64,000 bases of DNA from Candidatus Iainarchaeum sp. (GTDB lineage Archaea > Iainarchaeota > Iainarchaeia > Iainarchaeales > SKW153). Shown here piece by piece: positions 9,745 to 18,737 of this stretch (its first letter is position 1; each line of letters begins with the position of its first letter). Made by a program: the position numbers and the translations under genes. The notes under the pieces were generated by a model that did no database searches, was not told where the DNA came from, and was given only the letters and a program-made list of their open reading frames with translations. The DNA lies in the NCBI GenBank assembly GCA_026414365.1, contig JAOAJD010000001.1:314144-378143 (forward strand), written 5' to 3'.

Positions 9745-9971
9745 TAAAAAACATATTATTTGTTTTACCCAGCGTAGAGAAATCTATTGTAGCAAAAACT
9801 TTGTGGTATTTGTTTATTGCTTTCGGGTATAGTTTGATTTGTGTTACAATATTTACTTCTTGGGTAATTTGGAATATAGGTGGCCTTTGGGGGGCAATTG
9901 TTTTGTTTTTAACGTGGTTTATTTTAGTGTGCATATATTTAAGCTATTTGAAAATAGAAAAAATATTTTAA
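9672..9971 (+). CDS. Small membrane protein, about 3 TM helices (hypothetical).
   Basis: Hydrophobic 99-aa ORF. It overlaps an antisense ORF, and the + strand version has the more plausible TM architecture. Confidence 0.3.
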   Translation: MTSFVQLLLLLSNWFLLFLVLLLTIKNILFVLPSVEKSIVAKTLWYLFIAFGYSLICVTIFTSWVIWNIGGLWGAIVLFLTWFILVCIYLSYLKIEKIF

Positions 9972-10001
9972 TTTTTTGGCCAGTGTTTGTGCTAAGCTTT
10001 T

Positions 10002-10736
10002 TTAAATCAAAATAGGTAGTCTTTTGTGCCTATTTTTTTCTATTATATCTCTTATTTTCTTTTCTTTTAAACTCAACTTTTTATTACTATTAATTTTAAT
10101 TATTGCTTTGTCTATCTCTTCATAGCTAAATCCAAGTTCTTTTTCATCTGTTTGGCCCTTCCACAATTCTGCAGTAGGTTTCTTTCTAATTATTCTTTCG
10201 GGTATTTGCATCATTTCTGCCATTTTCTTAACTTCTGTTTTAAGTAATCTCCCAATAGGCAAAAAGTCAGAAGCACCATCCCCATATTTGGTGAAGTAAC
10301 CTAGCAATAACTCACTTTTGTTAGATGTTCCTGCTACCAAGCAATTATTAGAATTAGCAAAGTTATATAAAATCACCATCCTTAACCTTGCTTTTAGATT
10401 TGCTTTTGCTATTTTTGTTTGTTTCCACGGAAGATTGCTAAATAACTTTGTTAATCTGTTAATGTATATTGTATAATATTTAATACCTAATTTTTTTGCA
10501 ATGTTTTTTGCATCTTTTATATTTTCTGTACTGGTTACATTTTTCTCCGGCATTATTAGAGCTACTACTTTTTTTCTTCCTAATGCTTCCACTAACAAGT
10601 ATGCAGTTACCGTAGAGTCAAGACCCCCACTGATACCTAGTACAACCCCTTTTGCTTTTGTTTTGGCAAATAAAGCTCTTATTTTTTTTATTATTGTTTT
10701 TTTTAATCTAGCATATTCTCTGTCTTCTTTAGTCAT
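10002..10736 (-). CDS. nadE: NH3-dependent NAD+ synthetase.
   Basis: PP-loop motif GISGGLDSTV. The likely start is the internal Met (MTKEDREY) rather than the longest ORF. Confidence 0.8.
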   Translation of the reverse strand: MTKEDREYARLKKTIIKKIRALFAKTKAKGVVLGISGGLDSTVTAYLLVEALGRKKVVALIMPEKNVTSTENIKDAKNIAKKLGIKYYTIYINRLTKLFSNLPWKQTKIAKANLKARLRMVILYNFANSNNCLVAGTSNKSELLLGYFTKYGDGASDFLPIGRLLKTEVKKMAEMMQIPERIIRKKPTAELWKGQTDEKELGFSYEEIDKAIIKINSNKKLSLKEKKIRDIIEKNRHKRLPILI

Positions 10737-10741
10737 ATTAT

Positions 10742-10900
10742 TTACTTCAAATAATTTGTCATACAATTATCTGAGCAAAACCTTTTAGAGTATAAATTAT
10801 TCCCGCCGCCAATGATTTCCTTGCCGCAAAAAAGACATTTTTGCTTTCTTCTAAAAACACTTCCAAATCTATTAAATTGCAAATCTTTCAATAATGGCAT
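10742..10900 (-). CDS. Small zinc-ribbon protein, 52 aa. It is below the ORF-track length cutoff.
   Basis: My translation is MPLLKDLQFNRFGSVFRRKQKCLFCGKEIIGGGNNLYSKRFCSDNCMTNYLK. It has a C-x2-C ... C-x3-C arrangement. The ORF exactly fills the gap between nadE and the HAD gene, and its stop lies 5 nt before the nadE internal start. Confidence 0.35.
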   Translation of the reverse strand: MPLLKDLQFNRFGSVFRRKQKCLFCGKEIIGGGNNLYSKRFCSDNCMTNYLK

Positions 10901-10952
10901 TTTACCAAACCCCTATTTTTATTAATTAAAAATTGTTTTTAAAAATTTATTT

Positions 10953-11636
10953 TTAGTCGCTTATATTTTCGTCAATTATTTTTAATATGTCGATTATTCT
11001 CTTTAGTTCATAGTCTGCTTTTATATGTTTGCTTTTTACATATTGTCCATATTTAGCCAATGCAGTTTTCATGCCTGCTGATTTGGCTCCCTTTATATCT
11101 CTTTCGGGGTTATCTCCTACAAAGAGAATTTTATCTGCTTCAATCTCAGATATTTTAAGAGCCATTTCGAAAGGTTTTTTGTTTGGTTTTGTTACTCCTG
11201 TGTCCTCTAATGCAATAACAAAATCAAAGAACTCAGCTATGTTCATCTCAGTTAATCTTAACCATGCTTTCAACTTAGGAGCATCTGAAACGACACCTAA
11301 CTTAAGACCTCTTTCTTTTAGGCCTACAAGTGTTCTCCTTGTTCCAGGATAGGGAATAACAAGCCCTATTTGTGTTTTTCTATAAGCATTTATTGCACTT
11401 GCCAAAACTCTATAATTGATTTCTCCTGTTAATCTTTCTATCAATCTTTGAAATATTAAAGGGTCTTCCATACCATATTGTTGAAACAAAGAATAAAGTT
11501 CATCTTTAGCTCTTTTTTTATCTATTTCTAACCCCGCGTCAACCATAGCCAATATAGCAGCTTCGCAACTCTGACTTTTCATTCTCATAAAATCTATTAA
11601 AGTATTATCTAAATCAAAAAAAACAGCTCTGAACAT
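10953..11636 (-). CDS. HAD-superfamily hydrolase (phosphatase).
   Basis: Motif I FFDLDNTLIDF and a typical HAD motif IV region (LFVGDNPERDIKGAKSAG). Confidence 0.7.
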   Translation of the reverse strand: MFRAVFFDLDNTLIDFMRMKSQSCEAAILAMVDAGLEIDKKRAKDELYSLFQQYGMEDPLIFQRLIERLTGEINYRVLASAINAYRKTQIGLVIPYPGTRRTLVGLKERGLKLGVVSDAPKLKAWLRLTEMNIAEFFDFVIALEDTGVTKPNKKPFEMALKISEIEADKILFVGDNPERDIKGAKSAGMKTALAKYGQYVKSKHIKADYELKRIIDILKIIDENISD

Positions 11637-11675
11637 AAATATATTGATCAATGAAAGTTTTTATATTAGTTTGAT

Positions 11676-11915
11676 GTGATGAATATTATGGAAAAAACAA
11701 AACTACTTTTTCTAAAAGCAGTATTCTTTTTTGTTGTCGGGGTAATTTTATCTTCTCTTTTTGTTTGGTCCTTTGTTCAAGGCTTTCTAATTCATCAGAA
11801 AGATCCTTATTATGCTTTTTATTTCTATTTTGTTTCATTTTTAGCAGGCATTGCAGCATTAGCTCTTTACTTCCAAGCAAAAACTATGTTTTATTACACA
11901 AAAATGTCTGATTGA
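11676..11915 (+). CDS. Small membrane protein (hypothetical).
   Basis: A 79-aa ORF with two hydrophobic helices. Confidence 0.3.
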   Translation: MMNIMEKTKLLFLKAVFFFVVGVILSSLFVWSFVQGFLIHQKDPYYAFYFYFVSFLAGIAALALYFQAKTMFYYTKMSD

Positions 11916-11981
11916 AATTTACTTTATTTTTGTTGTTTTGAATGACAAATAAAATAATAACACAAATTTAATTAGCAGAAG

Positions 11982-12173
11982 TTACTTATCTTTTCTTTTT
12001 TTATCTAAATCTGAAAACTCTCTATTAAACTCTTCAATATCTTCTTCCTCTAAGCCTAATTGTCTTAACTTTTCATCATGCTCTTTTAGAGTCATCTTTT
12101 CAAATTGTTTTCTCCACAATTTCATTTCTTCTGTATCTTCTAGAGGATGACCTTCTCTTATTCTTCTTTTCAT
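11982..12173 (-). CDS. Small highly charged protein (hypothetical).
   Basis: A 63-aa ORF rich in K and E. Confidence 0.3.
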   Translation of the reverse strand: MKRRIREGHPLEDTEEMKLWRKQFEKMTLKEHDEKLRQLGLEEEDIEEFNREFSDLDKKRKDK

Positions 12174-12283
12174 ATGAATGCCATTTGAAAAAAGATTATT
12201 TAAAAATATCTGTTTTTTGTTGTTTGTTTTTTTACATGAAAAATAATATATAAAAGAAAAGATATTTATGCATAGATATCATT

Positions 12284-13501
12284 ATGGCAGATAGCATAAT
12301 AGAGAGACTTCTATCATTATTTGGTATTAAAAAAGAGGAAATAGCTAGAGGCAAAAAGGAAACTTTAGAAGAAGTTAGTCCTGCATGCGAACAATCTGAT
12401 AAACAAAAAGCAGTTGCAAAAAGAAGGAGGTATAGAAGAAGAATAAATAAAAAGTTATTAAAACAATTAGATAGTTGGAAAAGGAAAGTGAATAAACTAA
12501 ATAAAAAAATAAAAGAGCTTGAAAAGGCAATTCAAGATAAAAGAATTGAACCTCAAAAAGCAAATGAAATAATACAAGTAGTATACAGGGAGATAAATGA
12601 TGAATCTAAAAATATAACTTCTGAATTAGAAAATGTTTCTTCTTTAATGAAAAATTTGGAAAAAGAGTATCTAAAGAGACACATAACAGATTCAGAGTTT
12701 AGACAAAAAATGTTAGAATACAAAGAGAGAGAATATTTATTACAACTAAAGAAAAAAGAATTAGAAAAGCAAAAGAATTCTACTAACAAAATAAGCAATT
12801 TTATACAAGGTGCTCTACTTATTACAAATCAAAATCCAACAGTGGTGTATGATAGTAATTCTATAGGACCAACAAAAGTAACCCAATCTGTTCCGGTTAG
12901 TCTAGTTACAGACGTAGGAAAATTTAAATCAAGTGCACAGCAAACTACGAGTGAGAATTTAGAAAATAAATATGATAAAAAACTGATAGATAAAATACTA
13001 GAAGAGAAAGCAAAAGGGAAAATAGATGAAAACAAACTTAAAGAATTAGAACAAAAGTTGGAATTTTTGGTTAAACAAAAAAATATCCCTCCTAACGAAA
13101 TTGAAAAGGAGTTAAATTCATTAGATACAAAAAGTTTTGTTGAATCTTTCAACAAATTAGTCTCTTTATTAGAAATAGAACATAAAGCTAAGGAAATTTA
13201 CAGCAAACCATCATACAGGGAGATAGAAAAATATGGTCCAATTCATGAAAAAGAAAAAATAAAAGGAATAATAGTTGAACTACAAAAACATAGAATAATT
13301 ACTGACTTAGATAAAATTGTATCTTACTTGTCGGAAAAGAAAAAAGCCAGTACAGGCGAGATTTCTAAAGTATTGAATATTGACAAGAAAAAAGTTTTAG
13401 ATTATGCAGAAATTTTAGAAGACGAGGGGGTTGTAATTATTAATTATTTGCCAATTGGTGATCCTTTATTAATAATAAAAGACAGAAGTGAAAGAACATG
13501 A
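12284..13501 (+). CDS. Coiled-coil protein with a C-terminal winged-helix-like domain. First gene of the pilus assembly operon.
   Basis: Long K/E-rich heptad-like stretches. The C-terminus GEISKVLNIDKKKVLDYAEILEDEGVV resembles a wHTH. The stop overlaps the ATPase start (ATGA). Confidence 0.5.
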   Translation: MADSIIERLLSLFGIKKEEIARGKKETLEEVSPACEQSDKQKAVAKRRRYRRRINKKLLKQLDSWKRKVNKLNKKIKELEKAIQDKRIEPQKANEIIQVVYREINDESKNITSELENVSSLMKNLEKEYLKRHITDSEFRQKMLEYKEREYLLQLKKKELEKQKNSTNKISNFIQGALLITNQNPTVVYDSNSIGPTKVTQSVPVSLVTDVGKFKSSAQQTTSENLENKYDKKLIDKILEEKAKGKIDENKLKELEQKLEFLVKQKNIPPNEIEKELNSLDTKSFVESFNKLVSLLEIEHKAKEIYSKPSYREIEKYGPIHEKEKIKGIIVELQKHRIITDLDKIVSYLSEKKKASTGEISKVLNIDKKKVLDYAEILEDEGVVIINYLPIGDPLLIIKDRSERT

Positions 13502-15006
13502 GTGAACTTTTGATAAAAGAATATTTCATAGAATCAGGTGAGTTAAAATTAAATGTAAAAATTTTGTTTAAAGAAGGCGACTTTATAAAAACATATTTCT
13601 TAGACATACCTGAGTTTGGTTTAGGCACTAGGGCACTAATTGACAATCTAAAAGATATATTAATAAATAAAATTCAGTTAAAGCCAGAGATGTTAGCTGA
13701 CCAAAAATTTATTGCAGAAATAAGAGAAAAATTTAAACACGAAGCTTATGGAATAATTGAAGAGAAATTAGGTAATTTGCCAAATAATGATAAACTATTT
13801 TTAGTTTATTATACAATAAATGAAATGCTTGGTTTAGGCAATATCGAATTTCTACTTGATGATCCAAATGCAGAAGAAATTGCAATAAACTCTTCTAAAG
13901 AACCTATTTGGATTTATCACAAAGAGTTTGGTTGGTTAAAAACAAATTTATTTGTTAAAAATGAAGCAGATGTTTACAACTATTCTACGATCATAGCTAG
14001 AAGAGTTGGGAAACAAATTACTATTCTCTCGCCATTGTTAGACGCTCATTTACCAAGCGGCGATAGAGCTAATGCAACATTATTTCCAATTTCCGGTCTT
14101 GGTAACACAATAACAATTAGGCGTTTTAGAAGGGAACCATGGACAGTTACTGACTTTATAAAGAACAAAACAGCAAGTTATGAACTCATGGCGCTAATAT
14201 GGTTAGCAATGCAGTACGAACTCAACATAATTCTAAGTGGTGGTACTGCAAGTGGAAAAACTTCTTTCTTAAATGTATGTATTCCTTTTATTCAACCTAA
14301 CCATAGAGTAATTTCTATAGAAGATACAAGAGAAATAACTTTGCCTAATTTTATGCATTGGGTACCAATGAGTACAAGAGAACCAAATGCAGAAGGTAAA
14401 GGTGCGGTAACGATGTTGGATCTACTAGTAAATTCGTTGAGAATGAGACCAGATAGGATAATAATTGGAGAGATAAGAAGACAAAAAGAGGCTGAAGTTA
14501 TGTTTGAGGCGATGCATACTGGTCATAGTGTTTATACTACTCTCCACGCAAACACTGCAGATGAAACCATAAGTAGGTTAACAAATCCACCTATAAGTAT
14601 ACCATCGTCTATGTTGGAATCAGTACATCTAAATATAGTAATGTTTAGAAATAGGCGTTTAGGGTTAAGAAGAGTTTTGGAGGTTGCAGAATTTGTTCCA
14701 GAGAAGAGAGGTGCTGAAGATTTTATAAAAGCTAACACAATATTTAGATGGAAACCATCTACTGATAGCATAGAACAACAAAATGAAAGTATTAGGTTGT
14801 ATGATGAGCTGTCTTTGCATACAGGTTTTACAAAAGATGAGATTGAAAAAGATATTAAAAAGAAAAAAGAAATTTTAGAGTGGATGGTTAAGAATAACAT
14901 ATCTAGTATCCAAAAAGTAGGATTAGTAGTAGCCAATTACTATTCTGATGAAGATGAAGTCTACAAATATGTAAAAAATAACAAAATCCCTGACTGGTTA
15001 AAATAA
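13498..15006 (+). CDS. Type IV pilus/archaellum-type secretion ATPase (FlaI/TadA/VirB11 family).
   Basis: Walker A GGTASGKTS, Walker B/Asp box and His box regions, and an approximately 500-aa FlaI-like length. Confidence 0.85.
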   Translation: MSELLIKEYFIESGELKLNVKILFKEGDFIKTYFLDIPEFGLGTRALIDNLKDILINKIQLKPEMLADQKFIAEIREKFKHEAYGIIEEKLGNLPNNDKLFLVYYTINEMLGLGNIEFLLDDPNAEEIAINSSKEPIWIYHKEFGWLKTNLFVKNEADVYNYSTIIARRVGKQITILSPLLDAHLPSGDRANATLFPISGLGNTITIRRFRREPWTVTDFIKNKTASYELMALIWLAMQYELNIILSGGTASGKTSFLNVCIPFIQPNHRVISIEDTREITLPNFMHWVPMSTREPNAEGKGAVTMLDLLVNSLRMRPDRIIIGEIRRQKEAEVMFEAMHTGHSVYTTLHANTADETISRLTNPPISIPSSMLESVHLNIVMFRNRRLGLRRVLEVAEFVPEKRGAEDFIKANTIFRWKPSTDSIEQQNESIRLYDELSLHTGFTKDEIEKDIKKKKEILEWMVKNNISSIQKVGLVVANYYSDEDEVYKYVKNNKIPDWLK

Positions 15007-15906
15007 GTGATATTTATGAAAGATATTCATATACCTTTTAGTCCTTTACCGTTGCCAGTGCTACTAAAATTAGCAAAAAATACAAAAGGCATCGGGTATT
15101 CGGTAGCAAAATGTTTTCCTTATCTGGAAGTTGATCTAAAACAAGCGGATATTGATATAGAGAAAGAAGACTACGGTTCTATAATATTTCTTATAAGTGT
15201 CTTCTACTTTGTGTTTTTGTTTGTATTATTTTGTTTAATTTCTTTAAAATATTTTACAATAAATGCCATCATCTTTTCTTTAACTCTTTCGCTTTTATTT
15301 ACTTTTTTAATTATAATACAATTGACAACATTTCCTAAAATAACATTGTTAAGAAAAACAAGAGATATAGAGAGGAATCTCGTTTTTGCTTTGAGAGCAA
15401 TGCTGGTTGAAATAAGAGGAGGCGTCAGTCTTTATGATGCTTTAGTTACAATATCCAAAGGTAACTTTGGCGAGGTCTCAAAAGAGTTTTCTAAAGCCCT
15501 AGAAAAAATAAATACAGGATATGCGCAAGAAGATGCATTAGAGGAAATAGCTTCAAAAAACCCTTCTATATTTTTTAGAAGATCCATCTGGCAAATAGTT
15601 AATGGATTAAAGGCAGGCTCTGATATTAGCGATGTTATCAATAGCTCTATTGACTTTTTAACAAAAGAACAAAGGAATCAAATAAGAAATTATGGAAATA
15701 GACTAAGAGTATTATCCTTGATATATATGATGTTGGGCGTGATAATCCCTGCGTTAGGTCTCACTTTTTTAGTAATTTTATCATCTTTTCCACAACTCGG
15801 AATAAATGAGTTTATATTTTGGGTTTTTTTTGGTGTTATTGTAATATCACAATTCATGTATCTTGGAATAATAAAATCTAGTAGACCAACACTTTTGGCT
15901 GAGTAA
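15007..15906 (+). CDS. Type II secretion system F-domain membrane protein (TadB/TadC/FlaJ-like), copy 1.
   Basis: Polytopic membrane protein with a cytoplasmic T2SSF-like domain. Translationally coupled to the ATPase gene. Confidence 0.7.
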   Translation: MIFMKDIHIPFSPLPLPVLLKLAKNTKGIGYSVAKCFPYLEVDLKQADIDIEKEDYGSIIFLISVFYFVFLFVLFCLISLKYFTINAIIFSLTLSLLFTFLIIIQLTTFPKITLLRKTRDIERNLVFALRAMLVEIRGGVSLYDALVTISKGNFGEVSKEFSKALEKINTGYAQEDALEEIASKNPSIFFRRSIWQIVNGLKAGSDISDVINSSIDFLTKEQRNQIRNYGNRLRVLSLIYMMLGVIIPALGLTFLVILSSFPQLGINEFIFWVFFGVIVISQFMYLGIIKSSRPTLLAE

Positions 15907-15907
15907 T

Positions 15908-16909
15908 ATGGTTTACCAAAGAATAGCAGCTTTATTACCAAAACCAATAGTTGAGATGTTTAGAAAAGAGATTGAATATTTAGATATAAATATAAGCGAG
16001 AGTAAATTAATCGGTTTTTTGTTTTTATATGGTTTGTGTTTAAGTCTTGGCATAGCATTCAATCTTAAAGTCTTTTTTAATATTGACTTTCTATTATCTT
16101 TTGTTTGTGTTTTTATTATGTTCTTTTTTGGTAGTTATGTATGGATAAGCAACATAGCTGAATCTAAAGGAAAGTTCTCAGAAAAGGTTTTACCAGATTC
16201 ATTACAACTTATTGCTTCAAACATAAAAGCAGGGCTGACTACAGAAAGAGCAATGTTAGTTTCAGCAAGACCTGAATTCGGACCTTTAGGAGTAGAGTTA
16301 AAAAAAACATCTTTGAAAGTAATGTCTGGCATGCCTTTGGATAAAGCAATAGCATCCATGTCTGAAAGAATTAAATCAAAAACTTTAGATAGAACTTTTT
16401 GGTTGATTTCTAATGGCGTGAGATCGGGCGGGCAGTTAGCAGATCTTCTTATGCAACTTGCAGATGATTTGAAAGAGCAGATGTCTATAAAAGAAGAGAT
16501 TAACGCAAACATCTCTACTTATGTCTTATTAATATTTATCACATCTTCTTTAGGAGCTCCAATTCTTTTTGGCATGAGTAGTTTCATAGTTGAGGCCATG
16601 AGCGCGCAACTGTCAGATATAAACATGCCTAAATTTTCTAATGTTGCGATGCCTCAAAATTTGTCAGTCGTCAGAACTGTAATGACTTTTGGTCAGAGTA
16701 AAACAATATCCCCTGAATTTGTTTTTAATTTTTCAATAATATCTTTGTTTGCAATCTCTTTGTTTTCTGCCTTAACACTAGGTGTTATTAATAAAGGAAG
16801 TGAAAAAAGCGGTTTGATATATTTCCCTCTGATCTTAGCTATTTCTTATATTCTTTTCTTCTTAGTTAGAAGTGTGTTGCATCATTTCTTTGGTGGACTT
16901 TTGTTGTAA
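15908..16909 (+). CDS. Type II secretion system F-domain membrane protein (TadC/FlaJ-like), copy 2.
   Basis: Second T2SSF-like domain protein, starting 1 nt after the previous stop. Confidence 0.7.
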   Translation: MVYQRIAALLPKPIVEMFRKEIEYLDINISESKLIGFLFLYGLCLSLGIAFNLKVFFNIDFLLSFVCVFIMFFFGSYVWISNIAESKGKFSEKVLPDSLQLIASNIKAGLTTERAMLVSARPEFGPLGVELKKTSLKVMSGMPLDKAIASMSERIKSKTLDRTFWLISNGVRSGGQLADLLMQLADDLKEQMSIKEEINANISTYVLLIFITSSLGAPILFGMSSFIVEAMSAQLSDINMPKFSNVAMPQNLSVVRTVMTFGQSKTISPEFVFNFSIISLFAISLFSALTLGVINKGSEKSGLIYFPLILAISYILFFLVRSVLHHFFGGLLL

Positions 16910-17060
16910 CTTACAGTTTCAGATTGTTTTATCAGGCATTGCACTTTAATATTTTCTTTAGGTATTTTTGCAAAAAACAGAAATAAATAAAGTAAGCAAA
17001 ATCTAGAATAAGTCCACAGATAAATAAAAAAATAAGAGAAAAAAAAGAAAATTTTAGTTA

Positions 17061-17468
17061 TTATTGTAGCGTACAAATTTTTGTTTCAGTGTGTGTGCCT
17101 GCGGCATCTGTATATGAAGCAGTTACAGTAATCTGATTATTAGGTCCTCTGGTTACTCCACTTGCACTAAAAAGTTTTGCCGTTCCTGCGTTCCATGCTC
17201 CTGTTGCAGTTGCGTTTATGCCATTTACAGTTACTGAGTAACTACCTTCTTGTAAGTTAATACCGGTACCATTTATTAGAACAATATTATAATCAGTTCC
17301 AACAAGATTTTGTGTAGAATATTGTAATTTACCACCTACAGTACATGTTGAAGTTCCTGACGTTGGATTGCCTATTAACAAGAATAAAGCTGCTATTATT
17401 ACCACTATTACTATTAAGGCCCAACCATATGTCATCAAGTATTCTAATGCAGATTGTCCCTTTGCCAT
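17061..17468 (-). CDS. Archaeal type IV pilin with a class III signal peptide and Gln at +1.
   Basis: N-terminus MAKG|QSALEYLMTYGWALIVIVVIIAALFLL, a prepilin peptidase site followed by a hydrophobic helix. The Q+1 form matches EppA-type/DUF361-like pilins. The C-terminus is Thr/Gly/Asn-rich. A strong SD GGAGGT lies upstream. Confidence 0.8.
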   Translation of the reverse strand: MAKGQSALEYLMTYGWALIVIVVIIAALFLLIGNPTSGTSTCTVGGKLQYSTQNLVGTDYNIVLINGTGINLQEGSYSVTVNGINATATGAWNAGTAKLFSASGVTRGPNNQITVTASYTDAAGTHTETKICTLQ

Positions 17469-17485
17469 TTATAAAACCTCCTTTA
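17469..17485 (-). promoter_or_regulatory. Ribosome-binding site for the pilin gene.
   Basis: On the minus strand, AAAGGAGGTTTTATAA immediately precedes the ATG, giving a strong GGAGGT SD. Confidence 0.5.
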
Positions 17486-17604
17486 CTACTTACTATTTTA
17501 ATCTTTAATTGAATATTTAAATATTTGTTTTTTGTAAATTAACAACATAAAATGTATTAAAAACTTTTTTTGGATATTTTTTATTTCCTTACGAATAATA
17601 GTAA

Positions 17605-18099
17605 CTATTTAATTATATTAATGTCAGCATATTTTTTCTTTAGTGCCTTTTCAACTACAGGAGTAACAAACAAACTTACATCTCCTCCAAGAAAAGCAAT
17701 TTCTTTTGCAATGCTTGAGCTAAAGTAAAAATATTCTGGATCTGTAATTATGAGAACCGTTTCCATATTAGGGGATAATTTTCTGTTTACTATTGCTTGT
17801 TGAAACTCATTTTGGAAATCGCTTAATTCTCTTAAACCTTTTATTATAAATCTACATTTTTCCCTTTTAGCGAAATCAACTAACAGACCATCTAATTTTT
17901 TTACTTTTACTTTTTTTAGTTCTTTTATACTTTGTTTTACTAATTCTAACCTTTCATCTATATTAAAAAGAGTTTTTTTATTAGGTCTTGAAGCAACCGC
18001 AACCACTAATTCGTCAAATATGTTTAGTGCTCTTTTTATCACATCAATATGTCCATAGGTTATAGGATCAAAAGTTCCTGGGTATATAGCTTTTTTCAT
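17605..18099 (-). CDS. coaD: Phosphopantetheine adenylyltransferase, bacterial CoaD type.
   Basis: N-terminus AIYPGTFDPITYGHIDVI with the bacterial PPAT (T/H)xGH signature, about 160 aa long. Confidence 0.8.
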   Translation of the reverse strand: MKKAIYPGTFDPITYGHIDVIKRALNIFDELVVAVASRPNKKTLFNIDERLELVKQSIKELKKVKVKKLDGLLVDFAKREKCRFIIKGLRELSDFQNEFQQAIVNRKLSPNMETVLIITDPEYFYFSSSIAKEIAFLGGDVSLFVTPVVEKALKKKYADINIIK

Positions 18100-18101
18100 G
18101 T

Positions 18102-18680
18102 TTAATCAAACAAATTAATTATACTTTTACATATAAAAAAACTATGTTTTTTCATTTCGTTCCTTTTTATGTTATTAACTACCAAATCACAATTTCTCAT
18201 TTTTTTGTTTTCTTCAATTAGATAACTCTCCCTTTTCATAAGTTCTTTTTTACTCATTTTTCTTACCCTATTTATTCTGATCTCTATAGGACAATAAACA
18301 AATATTACAATATCACAAATTTTGTCCAATCCAGACTCAAAAAGCAAAGGAGCGTCAATTATAAAAAATTTTTTGTTTTGCTTCATTATTTTTTTAATTT
18401 CTTTTTTTACTTCAGGATGGATAATTTTATTTATTTTGTTAACATTTTCATAATTCTTGAAGACAAGTTTTGCTAGTTTTTTTTTATTTATTGATCCATC
18501 TTTGTTTAGAACATTCTTAAAAACATTGACTACTTTTTTTCTAATTTTTTCCTTTTTGTAAATACTTTCCACTAGTTTATCACAATCTATTGTTTCGTTA
18601 TTAGTCAAATATTTACCAAGTTCTTTTGCAAAGCTTGTTTTGCCAGAAGCTATCTGGCCAGTTATTCCTATTACTATCAT
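18102..18680 (-). CDS. coaE: Dephospho-CoA kinase, bacterial CoaE type.
   Basis: P-loop IGITGQIASGKTS at the N-terminus and a CoaE-like length. Confidence 0.7.
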   Translation of the reverse strand: MIVIGITGQIASGKTSFAKELGKYLTNNETIDCDKLVESIYKKEKIRKKVVNVFKNVLNKDGSINKKKLAKLVFKNYENVNKINKIIHPEVKKEIKKIMKQNKKFFIIDAPLLFESGLDKICDIVIFVYCPIEIRINRVRKMSKKELMKRESYLIEENKKMRNCDLVVNNIKRNEMKKHSFFICKSIINLFD

Positions 18681-18737
18681 AACTCTTATTAGAGCAACAA
18701 AAATTTAATAATAGTTTTAATATTCTTATCAATAAGT

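Noticed and set aside
12375-13155. Three minus-strand ORFs within the first gene of the pilus operon.
   Set aside because: They are antisense to a K/E-rich coiled-coil gene and are F/L/S-rich artefacts.
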